A stretch of DNA of 64,000 nt from Daphnia carinata (lineage: Eukaryota). The translations under genes and the position numbers were made by a program. Below, piece by piece: positions 13,401 to 26,200 of this stretch. The stretch's first letter is position 1. Every line of letters begins with the position of its first letter. The notes under the pieces were generated by a model. The model saw only the letters and a program-made list of their open reading frames with translations, did no database searches and was not told the DNA's origin. The DNA is taken from NCBI RefSeq assembly GCF_022539665.2, contig NC_081331.1:9920001-9984000 (forward strand), in the 5' to 3' direction.

Positions 13401-16400
13401 ATCTGCGATGATAACGTATCACGTCATGGTTTTTTTTTTTACATAAGCGCGACCCTTTCGCGAAAGCTTTTGTATTTCATCCTTGTTTAGCGATGCCACC
13501 CAAAGATCTCTGCGGTGGGTACGAGATTACCGAACATAATGAGTATTTGCATTTTCCAAGAAAACAACATCCGCAACATTTTTTTTCTTTCTTCGCTAAT
13601 AACGATATCAAATCCCGGTAAGCTTTCGTTACGTATTTGTTTTCCTTGTTTTTATATGGCTCACATTTTTCTTTGTGAAGCATAAGTAATTTCCCTCGCA
13701 AAAAATTCCATCGTGCCAGCCGGGTTGCTCGCTTTTTGTGAACGTGTGAGTTTTTGTCTTCGACAAGTCTTCCTGGTTCTGTTTTCTTCCTTTCTCTACC
13801 AGACTATTTTCGTGGCTTAGATCAATGTTTATCTCTGTATCCATACAAATGGTAAGGTCTGCACCCTTGTATGCGTATACGTCTGCCATGTCGCGAAGTG
13901 ATATGTACCTTTTCATAGCAAGTACGCATATGCAGCGCACTTTATCCTGCCAATATAGAAGGCCACAATAAAGAGAAAATATCGAAACGTTTTTTTTTCT
14001 TTGAAGACAGGATGTGCGGTGTTTTGGCTAGGGTACACTGGTGTACGAAAAAAAAAACATGGAGCCTATGACACTGATGAAACGTTTCGTTCTACATCCG
14101 AATGGACGTAGACCTCCACCTATCTGAATATCAAGTAATAAGAAAACCAGAAAAAAAGATAGTCAAGAATTTGAGGAGTTGATTGAAAGTGACTGGATGT
14201 GCGATTGGAATCTATTCTACAGATATGCAAATCGAAAATCCCCACCCAAAAATAAGATGGGAGGGAATAACGTGAGCCGCTAGACGTTCGTGTTGAATGA
14301 AGTACGAAGAAGATAAAAGGAGGACGTCCATGTTGTGCATAGGATCCTTTATATTCGGACATGACGGCGCAGTTTTTATTTTAAAAAGTATCACCTTCGA
14401 GCGCAGTTTTCTTTTTCTTTACATTCGACACACATATACATTAAAGAGAAATTGAGGGCTCAACTCCACGTTCGCCGGCGATTTCGGTCTTCCGCCGCTG
14501 ACACATGAAAGGAAGTAATCAACGTGGAGCTGATGCGGTCACGTGCCCTTTAATGCTCTTCGTCTCTTTCCTCATTTAGAATTCGAATAAGACGAATTCT
14601 TTAACTGAACGACTGTGGAAGAAGCACAGTTTTGTCGGCGAGAGGCGACCGCGGTGAATAATATCCGCCGTAATGTCGTTTCCCTTTTTAGGCGATCGAA
14701 CCAATCTTATTGATCGAAAAGACCTTTTCAATCTATCGTGGATGACACGTTCCTTTGTAGCAGTTGAATTTCTACACACATCAAAGCAACCGGAAATATG
14801 GAAGACATTCCCGCTGTCTTGTGTGGTATTTCATTTCTTGCGGCGACGCAGGGTTAAACTAACTCTTTAGGCCTTTTAATTTATTAGATATTTCTTTCTG
14901 TTTTTTTCGCTTATCTCTGAAAGCGTAATCTAATATACTCGCAGTGTTGTATCTTGATCATTCCTGCAATCTTTTAAAGAGAGCCCACTATCATGTTGGG
15001 CACACCGCCGTCTGGCAATCCCCGTCATCATTCAAAATGAAACACGAAACAGTTTAATTTAAAGAAACATTATTTTTTACTACCCATATAAGTCTATAAA
15101 AGAGGCGCATAAAAGGTAAGATGAAAGTTGTTTCTAGGTACGCCAATCTTGTTTTATCTTAGTGGTGGAAGAGAATTGTGGCTAATCAAAAAACCAAGCC
15201 AAGATGTTCGCTATTTTGATCACGTTCCGTTATTCCTGATGGGCACACAAACCTCTATCGATCCGTTTAAGTCTCTTCGATTTGTTAAAGGTCCTCAAGC
15301 CAATTTATTTTTCTTTAAGTTTCATTGAAACTAGGGGCTTTCTTCAGTTTACAAAGATAAGTTTTAAATAGCACGTCAAGAAGGACTTGTTGAACCCACT
15401 TGTCACCAATGAACAATTTTGCCCTATACGATCACGCCGAGATAAGCACATGACCCAACTAAAATTTTGAAGCAAAAACAACAAAAACCATTTGATATTC
15501 AAATTGATTACCGTTCTAATACTAAGCTCCAGGGCTCCAAGTGATGTTAGACGTGAGACTCGATCGTTCAGAATTAGGCGAACTATCTCGTATCTTTTAT
15601 TGGGTGCTGTTGGATCACTTAATTTCCTCACTTTCGGGTAGAACTGAAATAATATTGCACTTTTTGCGCACGTAATTGAACAGCTTGAAAAACTTTAGCC
15701 CACTGGATTTGTTAAATGTTGAACAAGAGAATCGTTGGTTCACTGGTCCAAATGGAGGGAGCCGAAAGGGAGAGACGGATCAAAACGATTGTTGACGGAG
15801 CGAAACCACTTGCCCAACTAGATGGATAGGAGGGCAAACGGAGAACGAGGCTGAGAAGAGGAGGGTTCCAAAGAGTTTCCCAGAGAGTCTACGAGGGACA
15901 AAGAGAGCGAGGGAGCACACAAAAAAGAGTCCCTGAGCCGCCGCACTCGCTCATCAGCTGGAACGGTCATCTTCATTGCGCAGGTTACTTCAACATCATT
16001 GTTCCAAGCGGATTGATACGCAGAAACGTTTTGTTATTCTCAGCTACATAGTTTTACGCAGTTGCTCTTAAAAAAAAAAGAAAACGCTCAACTAAAAAGA
16101 AAAATAAAAGGAAACGAAATAAAAGCAAAATTATAGAGATTCGGATGTCAGTTTTTTTACCCATTCGTTTCCGTTATGGTGTCTAATTGGACAAAAAAAA
16201 GGATGCATCGTTGTAGTTAAACGGTAAACGATGTCTCAAGTTTTTTTAAAAACAATTCTAGCGAGTGCGAGGCCATTTAGTTGCTAACCTGTATTCTTCG
16301 TATCCCCCACTTCCTCGATTGTTTTCTCTGTATTGTGCAAGCTCATTTTTATTTTGTGTGTGTATCCCACTGTGTTCGTAAGTTTAGTTTCGATCGGCAG

Positions 16401-16500
16401 TCGTCTTGCAACATCAGCAGTGGACTGCATAACTTTATCCGCGCTCCAGCGGTTTAACGCAGCCTCGGGCATTCTACATGCACAGTACATGGAGGGTGTA

Positions 16501-16523
16501 TGTGTGTGTGTGTGTGTGTGTGT
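16501..16523. repeat. (TG)n microsatellite
   Basis: tgtgtgtgtgtgtgtgtgtgtgt. Confidence 0.9.
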
Positions 16524-19500
16524 ATATATGCATAATACATCAATGGCTGTATCTTCTTCGTCTTCTGCTCCGCAAACTAGTTAGGAAGAAAAAAAGAGGA
16601 AGCTCACATCAAACAATGCAACTGGAATATAAACCGCACATTTCGTCAATGCAATGGCTGACCATTTGAGTCTTTCATGGCTGCACTGGTCGTTTCGCTC
16701 CGTGACTTCGTCCGGCCGAAAAGCCAAAATGACGATTATTGAGCGAGAGCTGGCCATGCTATAGCAAGTACATTTTTTTCCCTTTAATGTTGAAAGAATA
16801 GTGTGGCACACAATGACACTGGTTGACATACGATCATATTGGGAAATCCATCAAAAGCGACACACGGTCCGAAAGGTATTGAAACCATTTGGCTAAAAAA
16901 AAAAGAGTACGTTCAGCAAATAAACGTTTGGTGTATGCAAAAGTTTTTTTTTTCCTTTAGTTTATCAGGTGAGGTTGAGTACGTGACCGCGACATCCACG
17001 GTATTGATGGTGGCTAGATATTTTGGGCTTGTGCGATTAGCGGGATGATGGAGCAGCAAATGATGTCGATGCTAGAGACTTCTGCTGGTCGAATGTTTTG
17101 ATGTTCCTACAAGTTCGATTCTCCCCTCGCCAATTTTCGTTTCCTTCGTTGGCGCTTCGCCCACGCACGCCCAACACAGATACCGACATGATCGATAAAG
17201 CCGAGCCAAGGGGAATAACTTGTTCTTTCCCGTCTTTCTCTCCCTTTTTTTCCCCCTCATTCTTCCCTTTTTTCTGCTTTTATCCCAATAGTCTACTACT
17301 ATACACCAAAATGGGAAAATAAATGTTTTTCCTTCGCTTTAATGGACTAGAGCAAAAAGACAAGCAATGGGCCACGATAGCAGGTTGACAGGTTTGATTG
17401 ACAAGAGCCATCGGAGAAAGACTCCCGTAGAGTCGGGAGTCTCTTCAAAATAATGATATTCGTCTTCTATTTTTCTTTATTTTATTCATGAAGCTCTGCA
17501 GTCTCTTGTTGGTAGCGTATGATGTGGGCAGTGACGACCAGTCAGGCGAAAGAGAGTAAACAAATATTGAGGCACAGCCCGAGAGAAGAATGCGAAAAAA
17601 TGGGTTGCACGGGTTAAATGTGACAGGATCGCGGTCGTGCAACTTGCTTATGCAGAAAGTGCATACAAAACGAGGTTGATAGAAAGGGATGTATAGAAGG
17701 GAATCTAGAAAAGATCACGGCCACGATCTTCGTACATCCGCAGATTCGCGGACGTGGTTCTTGTCAAAGCCTTAGCTGTTAGTGACACAACGCCTACAAC
17801 ACGATGTTGTTGGCTTTTTATTTATTTTTTTTTTTTTTGCCAGCCTAATCTATTAGTATAAGTCTATATACATTCAACGGGCTTCTCTGTTGGTTTTTCT
17901 TGATTTTCATTCGGGTTTTTTTTATCGTTTCCTCCGTCCTAGTCCTTTCCCTTTTTTTACTCATTCTGTCGCTGGGCGGATTGATCGGTGCGAAAAGTAA
18001 ACAACATCAGTGCGCGTTTACTGGTGCGCACAGAAGTTGGCGTGAATCAGCACAAAAAAAGAAACGTCCACCCCAAAAGGAAGGCAATCTTTTCAATTGC
18101 TGATGGAAACTAAAAGAGAAGGATCGTCGTTCACCACATCCATTGTCTTATTTTGTAAGGAGATCAACAAAAATAAAGAGGACGGAAATGGCAGAATAAG
18201 CAAGCTGCCTCTAATTTGCATGATGTTTACTAGGGCCTTTTATTTCCGCGTACGTAGACAAAAAGTATCATTCTTTTTCCATTGCTTTTCTCTTCCAACA
18301 AGGCAGTGCCCTACATTTCTTTTCTAAACTTGTAACCGATAAGGCCTTTCAGAAGTGCGAACGTTCCAGATCGATCGCAGTTTGCCTACCTGCACGAGAC
18401 GATTCCACTAGAAGAATCACACACACTATAATTGCACGAACTGGTTGCAAATTTAAAACACGAGAAAGAAGAGAAAACGAATGGTAGCCAAGATGCTGCT
18501 CTTGTTAGCATCCATTGTATAAAGCATCAATAGAAATCCTTCTAAGCTGTAAAGTAGATCCGGATTAAGAAGCGACAACTCAACCACAACAGGCGCATCG
18601 TATTGGGGCGACGAGAATGTGAATGGGGCCCCAGTAAAAGGGAGAAGGAACCCGTGGCGGAAAAGGGAAAGGATCTATAAAAATAAATAAATAAAAAAAA
18701 AAATAGGATGGATATATGATGGCCCACTTTATAGGGCTTGCGGCGGCCGGTCGATGGCACGAGAGCGAAACACCAGCGTCACTAACAGTTGAGTAGTCCC
18801 CGGCCAGTAGCCAAAAGAAAAAAAAACTGGATTTGTAACCACTGTCCGTGATGTCTAACGTGACGATGGGGTGATGGAACCGAAAGGGAAACGATCGGAA
18901 GCCCAGAGCACTATGTCCTGATCACGCGTCAGTCTCGTTTTCTATAATCTATAGCTAGAGGTCCGATATTATATGTACAGCCTTCTCTTTTCATGGTCTT
19001 TCTGCATTTGTCCGCGTGTTTTTCCCCTCTTATTTGTTATCGATTTTTTTGCGCTACTGCTGTGCTCATGACCGATGCCACACATCATCAATCCCGTTTC
19101 CGGCTCAATTCATACATTCTTGAATACTGCATCCGGGTCCCATTGAGCGATCGATATTGCCTTGAGGATGCCAGGTTTTTTTTTTTTCGTTCATATCTAT
19201 TTTTCGTTTATTCATATTGCCTTTCAAGGGTCTATGAAAATGCGCGTTAGATGTAGGTCAACGTGACTTTACAGTTTATTTACATTGTGGAATTGGCAAA
19301 TTAAACCACTGGGGGTCATTGAAGAATGAAAAAAGGCAAAGCTTTTTAAATTGCGATGTTCGTACGTCAATCACCATGGCGCAGAATTTTCGGACACGAG
19401 TTTACAATGGCGACATCAATCAAAATTCTCATCCGTTTTTGTTTATTGGCGTGAAATATAATTAGTTCCCGGTGGTGTTGTTTCTCGGAACGCTAAGTAA

Positions 19501-21794
19501 CAAATTACATATTCTGCGACGCTAACGTAATTGTTTGCTTCCTTTCGGTTGGGTTAATGCAATCAACTAAGCCACACGCTGTCATTACTAATGGCATTGG
19601 CTCGAGGCTTCGAGATGTTTACCTTGCACCCTAACCTAATAAAACTTTGGCCGAGAGTAGACCTCTTGTTTAGAGGCTGTTAAATAACGTCCTCAACCAG
19701 TGCAAGTGGTGTTGACTTGTGTGTAGAGAATTCCACCATTTTCCCCATATCCACTTGACGCTCAACTGGTTTTTGGATTGTGCCCGGTAAACGCTAGCGC
19801 TTAGTGGATTGAAACATTAAGAACAGAACGCGTACAATGGAATAATAGCCCGACACAAACAATGCCATCTGAAAAACTGTCTAATCTCATATAAGATTTC
19901 ATAATGATTTGTCCTTTTCTACTGAAACCACTTAAATTATCATACGTCACTCTTATTACTCTTTCTATGGTGGTCTATTGATCAACAAACAACAATGGAC
20001 ACGCATGAACACAGCCTTTGGTGGCATGCCTCTTTTCTCTTTCCAGATTGTATCAGATTGCAGGAACGGTACATGAATGTGAACGATAACGTGGAGAGCG
20101 CGAGAACTCCTTGTAGATCTATACGAAGGTATCCAACGTGAATAAGGCCTAGCTCTATAGAGCACCGCATGGATGAAAAATGCAGGAAACAGACACATAT
20201 AAGCGAGTCAAGTATGGGGCAAACAAAAGACAAACGAGCCCTACACGGCCGCTACAAATAGAGAAGGTTCTATATCAGTCTAGTTTTCACTGTAGTGGCA
20301 GTCCATTGACCATCTGTTCTTACAGATAAATGATCTTTGCCTTCCACGCGAAATTGTTGCTGATAAATTCCTAAAAATAACTGGGTCGCTTCCCTTTTAA
20401 TCGATCACTAGAAGGCACCGTTCGGCTTTCGCACGTTAAATGTTGTACGAAATAATTGAAGCGAAAACTGGTGCTTATTAGAGAAACGAACCTGTGTCTG
20501 CGACATATATAACTCCAAGGTTCAGCTTAAACTGAATAAGCCCACAAACTGAAAATGGTCATTGTGTCTTTTATCGAAGGAGGAACAACTCTTCTTTGTT
20601 TTTAGAGAAAAAAGAAAAATCAGCCATAGCGGGAGATGGTCTACAGATGGAGATTGTGTGTGTGGAGCAACGTGCTCCAATCACGAACAAGATCGATAGC
20701 AGATGGACAAGCGGCAGGGGGTCGATAATAATGAAGGGAGGGACACCGACCCATCTGAAGAAAGAAGAGACACATCAGGATGTCATTAGTGTGCCGGACT
20801 TGGATAGATCGGTATAGTGGCTTATGTGAGACGTGTCATTAACTGCCTGCACCGCCTGCACAGTGAGAAGCCTGGTCAAGGCACAGCAAATTATAATGAG
20901 ATTCTCTAATCGATACTGTTGCACGAATCCCGACACAGTGGGAATTCGACCACTAGGGCTGACAGCTATAGAATGCAGAGATTGCGCAAGAATTACATGT
21001 GGAAGTTTGAGGCCTTTGCATTCGTGATGCAATCCCATGACAAAACATTGAAGAACTAATGACGCAAGTGCATATCCTTTTCAGTTAATGGTATGTGGCG
21101 GTAAATGCAAAAAGATTACACGCATAATGACGGTTCTGGTTGAAAATTAAAAAAACTTCGGTAGCTGTAGATAGTCTTGGAAGTTTAATTGAAATAGAAC
21201 TTTCAATATGAATTCAATGGAAAATACCACTGCTGGTTTGTGGTAACTATAATCAGAGAAACTTGAGCTGTACGGGAAGCTTTGCGGATGAATGGGTCCA
21301 ATGAAAATCGGGAGACAGCAAGTTCCACGAACAAGATGATGTGTTTATTATCGCACTACCCAACCCTTATAGTTGTTTAACAGTTTGTTTGAATTTATGG
21401 CTTCTTTTGTTCCCTCTGCCGTTGCTCGGTTTTATCTCCTTGCAGAATTGAAATTTCTCAGCTCAGCTGGTTCGTGCAATTTCGTTACACGGAAACGACA
21501 CGGTGTGCCTCTTATGACAGAAACTCGTCTACTCCGTATTCTCTTAAATTCTTGCATCAGAAACTATGAAAGACACCGCGGTACCACGGGAATGACAGCA
21601 AGAAGAGCTGACAGCGAGCGGCAAAATGCGGTGGAACAGGAGTGACAAAGAACGATGCTGTAGAAGAGCAGCCGAGAGGGAACGAAGTGAAGAGCAAATG
21701 GAATGAAAGACAGGAAGACGCACGGCAGGCAAAAACAGGAGCCCACCAGGACTAGAATCGATCCTGGGGTCCCTCCTAAAAAAGAGAAAGAAAA

Positions 21795-21795
<1 letters not shown>

Positions 21796-21841
<46 letters not shown>

Positions 21842-21878
21842 GATAGAGAGAAGCAAGAGACAGAGAGAGAGAGAGAGA
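21796..21878. repeat. Interrupted (GA)n microsatellite
   Basis: Long gagagaga runs with short interruptions. Confidence 0.9.
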
Positions 21879-22716
21879 AAGCGATCGATTCGAAATTGAA
21901 ATCTAGCCAGACCTCTCACTATCTGATAGCGTTGGTAGAGATGCACATCACAGCTGAGACGCAAAAAAGAGCCGCAGTACATTCCCGTGTGATATAGAAA
22001 CGCTGCAATGGATAGCCGCTATAAGGATGTAGACCACTATAGACGGGGGTGTGCCTCTTCACTTTTGTTCAAGGTCCATTTGGGTATCAATGTACGCCTT
22101 CCGGCTTTTGACCGGTAGGCTTTTCGGCCATTCTTTCTAAATGTTCATTTGTTTTCTTTTACGGCCTAAATTGCGTTGTCTCCAAAGACTTTCGGGCGCG
22201 TCCCCCTTCTAGGCCTAAGGTTGACACGATTGATGGTCATGTAGTGGAAGTGATGGATTGATTGTTGGGACTTATCCCACATTCCGGCTTTACACGTCGT
22301 CCTACCGATCGGGATTTGAATTTGGATTGATTCGGAATTGATTCAGCAGTAGAAAAATAGGTCCGCATCCGATCCAGCAGCCCAGTTCAACGATATCGTT
22401 AATGCCACGGTAGTTAAAGGTAAGTTACAACTGGCCTTGTTTCGTTTCTTGATAAAACTTAAACATAGAAAACTATTACATGATTTAGATTTGAAACTGA
22501 ACCAAAGTTTATCACATTGGGTTCACAGTTTAAGAACGAAAGGTCGAAAACGGATGAACAAATTTGTTGCGCAAACAGGACTTTCGATCCGCATGTTTCC
22601 AAAACGACTGCTTTGCCGAGGAAACGAGTGCTTTGTTTGAAATCAGCGTTCAATTTTAAGTATTGCGTGCGATTTTCGTCGAATTCCAAGAGATATCATT
22701 TTTGGCCGATTTTGAC

Positions 22717-22748
22717 AAAAGTGAGAAGGCTATAGCCTTCTCACTTTT
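22717..22748. repeat. Perfect 32-bp palindrome
   Basis: AAAAGTGAGAAGGCTA|TAGCCTTCTCACTTTT is its own reverse complement. Confidence 0.95.
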
Positions 22749-22764
22749 TCATTTTTTGCTAAAT

Positions 22765-23200
22765 TCAGCTTTTTGTTTAAAATACATGATTTCGATTCAA
22801 AATGAAACGAAAATCATGAAAATCTAAGTTATTTTTGCGTTGGACTTATAATTGTTAAAATAAACCCAGAAAACAGAAGAGCAATACCCTTGCACCAACA
22901 ACAGTTTTGTTCCGTACATTCAAAAAACGGCTGACCTCATGAAAAAAAAAAACAATAATTTTTTTAGAAATCAACATTCAATTTTGTGTGTAATATATGA
23001 TTCTTATCGAATTCACTTCAACATTTTAAGCCCAATTTATTTCGTGCAAAAATCGGGCTTAAAAATAAGCCCGACAAAAATAAGCCCGACTTTTCCGTTC
23101 ATTTTATTATTTCTTCAAACCTACAGTTACAGTCATAAAAAACATGACTTTAAATTAGGCCTTAAATTTCTTGTTGGAATTTTAAGTTTTTAGTTAAAAT
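22765..23200. repeat. Second locus of the AAGCCCGAC dispersed repeat (possible non-autonomous transposon remnant)
   Basis: AAAATAAGCCCGACTTTT at 23077-23094, inverted pair TCGGGCTT/AAGCCCGA at 23053-23074, and ATCATGAAAAT near 22815. These motifs are shared with 9860-10480 in the same orientation. Confidence 0.7.
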
Positions 23201-26200
23201 GGAAAATAAAAGATGTGGAATTCTAGAAGATTTTTTTCTTCTATGAACTCGCTTATTGAATTCCAGCTAAATCAGGAGATCAGGAACTCTTTAAACATTC
23301 TCCTTATCCTGTGTGTGTGAATCCCTATGTCATTGAACTTAACCATGGTTGGTGACCTAGTTCCTGTTGAGTAAGCTCTGGCGCTATATTTCTGCTCCGT
23401 TTCCCAGTAAAATACTTTTGCTCTGCCCGCCTTGCGTTGATTGCTTCCTCTTTTTCTCGTTAATTTGTTTCCCCCCCTTTTTTTTTTGTTTCGCTTCTGT
23501 GTCCTCCATTTCCAGGTCTCTTGTTCCCCGCCTTTCCTTACGACAAGTGATGAACGTCTCGGACGTAAACCGTTACGCCAGAAGACGGACGCCAAGCTTT
23601 TTCCTTTAGCCTCCTCCGTCCGTGTATTGTCTTTGTTGTCCAGTCGGCGAGCTCATGTCTCATGGTTGCCTTATTTATTTTTCTGTAAAGAAATAAAAAG
23701 GGCAAGCGCAAATATTGGATCGATTTGTTATCTCATAACGAACAAAAGAAAATACTAGTGAATCAAAATAGGAAAATATGCGTCATATTCGGAAGTTATA
23801 GACAGAGCCAAAATATCTTACAAACCATATAAGGATTTTAGCTTTTGCTTGATAAACAGAAACTGCCTTCCGTCTGTTGTATAGCTGTCAATGCTTGAGA
23901 CCCATCTTAATTCGATCGAATATCATTTTTTTTTCTTTTTTTTTTTGGTTTTCTTTTTGTGCAGAATTTTCTTTTCAACTGTCTTGCTAGAACCCTACAC
24001 TTCAGCCGCCCATGTGCCTGGCCAATCTGATTGAGGGCTGTCTGCTATTATAGCCCTATTCTGGCGACAAGCATAAAAGTTTTACGCCATCTCTATAGCT
24101 TTTCCAGCATCCTTTGATCCCTCTTCAATTACAACCTTTTTGTGGGGCTCTACGATATGAAAATACAGAAAAAAAAATATATATACTGTATACTATATAT
24201 AAAATATGATTTGAAAACAAATGTTAGAGAATGGAATCATCTGTCTCGGCGCCAGGCGTAATATTGTTATTTTTCTTTCCTATATACGTGCGCTTTCTTC
24301 AGTCATTCAAAAGAATCCTATTTGGGGAATTGAAGGCTCTTCACTGATTGAACATCACGATATCATTAGAATAACCCGAAATGTCTTTAAATCAATCATA
24401 TCGAACTTAACGTTAGATAAAATGTAAAATAGGAAAACGCATCATCCTCTTTCGTTGCTATTAGGCGACTTTGATTCAACCAAACGTTTACCAATTAAGA
24501 GATCTCCGTTTATTCGCGGAAAACATGAGGAATTGTTAGAAAAATATAAGAAACTTCATATATTAATTGAATGTTAATGATTTTCCAACGAACAAAGCAC
24601 ATGATAAATAAAAAAAATAAGTGAAAGCATTATTCATTAGCATTTTGAATGTCGGATAGTCATACGTTGCTTACTGATTGTCTACTACATTTTCCAACGT
24701 TCTGCTCGTCGGTTGCACATTTTCGCGTGTATAAGACGTTGAAGCTTATGCCTGGCTGCTTCGAAATAGCGGGGTCTTATGCGACGTGAAAGTTTAATAT
24801 GTTTAAGCTTCTAACAATTCCTTTATTCGTCTTTTAGCTATTGCTTTATTGGGCTGTTTATCACCATTATACCATGCCCGGTGTCCGCAGTTCTCGCTTT
24901 ACAGTGCCAATTCTTACCGTTTGCCAGCCGGGCAGCATCTATAGAGCTCATGGCTCATAGCCAACAGACCCTTGCAATCCCATGGGTTGCGCATAATGGT
25001 ATGGACTGATGGAGGTGAAGGATTTGAAAGGATATAAGTTAAAGCCTTCCTAAATCATGGATGGCGGGCAGCAAGAAGGACAGAAGATATGTGATGAAAT
25101 GGAGAGGTTGCCGGAAGCGCTACGTTGCTCACGTACGGCCCTCCTGTCATTGCAAATTAGGTTTTTAGGCTAGACGAATGATAGGTAATGAATTTGCTTT
25201 GATTATTTCCTGTATATAAATGATAAGTGCCTTGTCAAGTGGACAGTTTCTGCTTAGGCAAATGAGCATCTAACGGACAGCTCGGCATAGCAACGTCACC
25301 CACCTACCATGCATTCATCTGGTAAATCCGACAACCAATTATTACTATTGTATTGTAATAAAAAATAATAGGAAATGAACTGTCTTCCAATCCTAAAAAA
25401 ATTGGGGATTGAATCCAATGCGATAAATGTGGAAATTAAAGTGATTCGAATGAGGTGTAATATTAGAACAAGCTTCCCGTAAATGTTAAAGGCACATTTA
25501 AATTGGAAAATCATTAGCACGATCACGATACCGATCAATTCAGCATATGGTGAGCGTCATTCAATACATACGGACTTTGACCTTAAACATTCTCAGAAAG
25601 CGACGTCTGAGGGTTACAATGTTACAAACTTATCTGGTTTCGTGATCGGCGATCCGATCCATTTTGAAATGGGGAAACATCAAACCTCAATGAATCATCG
25701 CGTCTATACGATGACGTCTACTTTGTTATGGCTTCTCTGTGGACGTGTAATACAACTCTCCGTATACGTCGTAAAGTTTTTGTAATTTGATTTCGTCGAG
25801 TTCAAACAGCGGCTACAAGTTACAGACATCAACAGCAAAACAAAAAATAATAATTCGGATATAGCTGCAAAAGCAAAAAGAAACATTAAGCTTTATAAGG
25901 AACTAACCGTAATAGGACCACAGCAATCCTGTTGAATGTCTTGTGCCCATGTTGCGCCCTGTGATTTGGTACGGTGAAAGGCCATTGATTAAAGACATGA
26001 TTTGAGAATCCGTACAGTATATTTTCTGGAAGGAGCAGCAAAGCCAATGTTATTGCACTGAAACAGCCAGAACGTTTACATCTATACGTAATTGAAGGCC
26101 ACATAGGAACTCTTGTTCTTCTTGCTTGTTTGTTGTGTTCACACAACTAAATAAATATGCTTACAACGAGAAGGCCTAGAGAAATGATTTCGGCGCTTAC

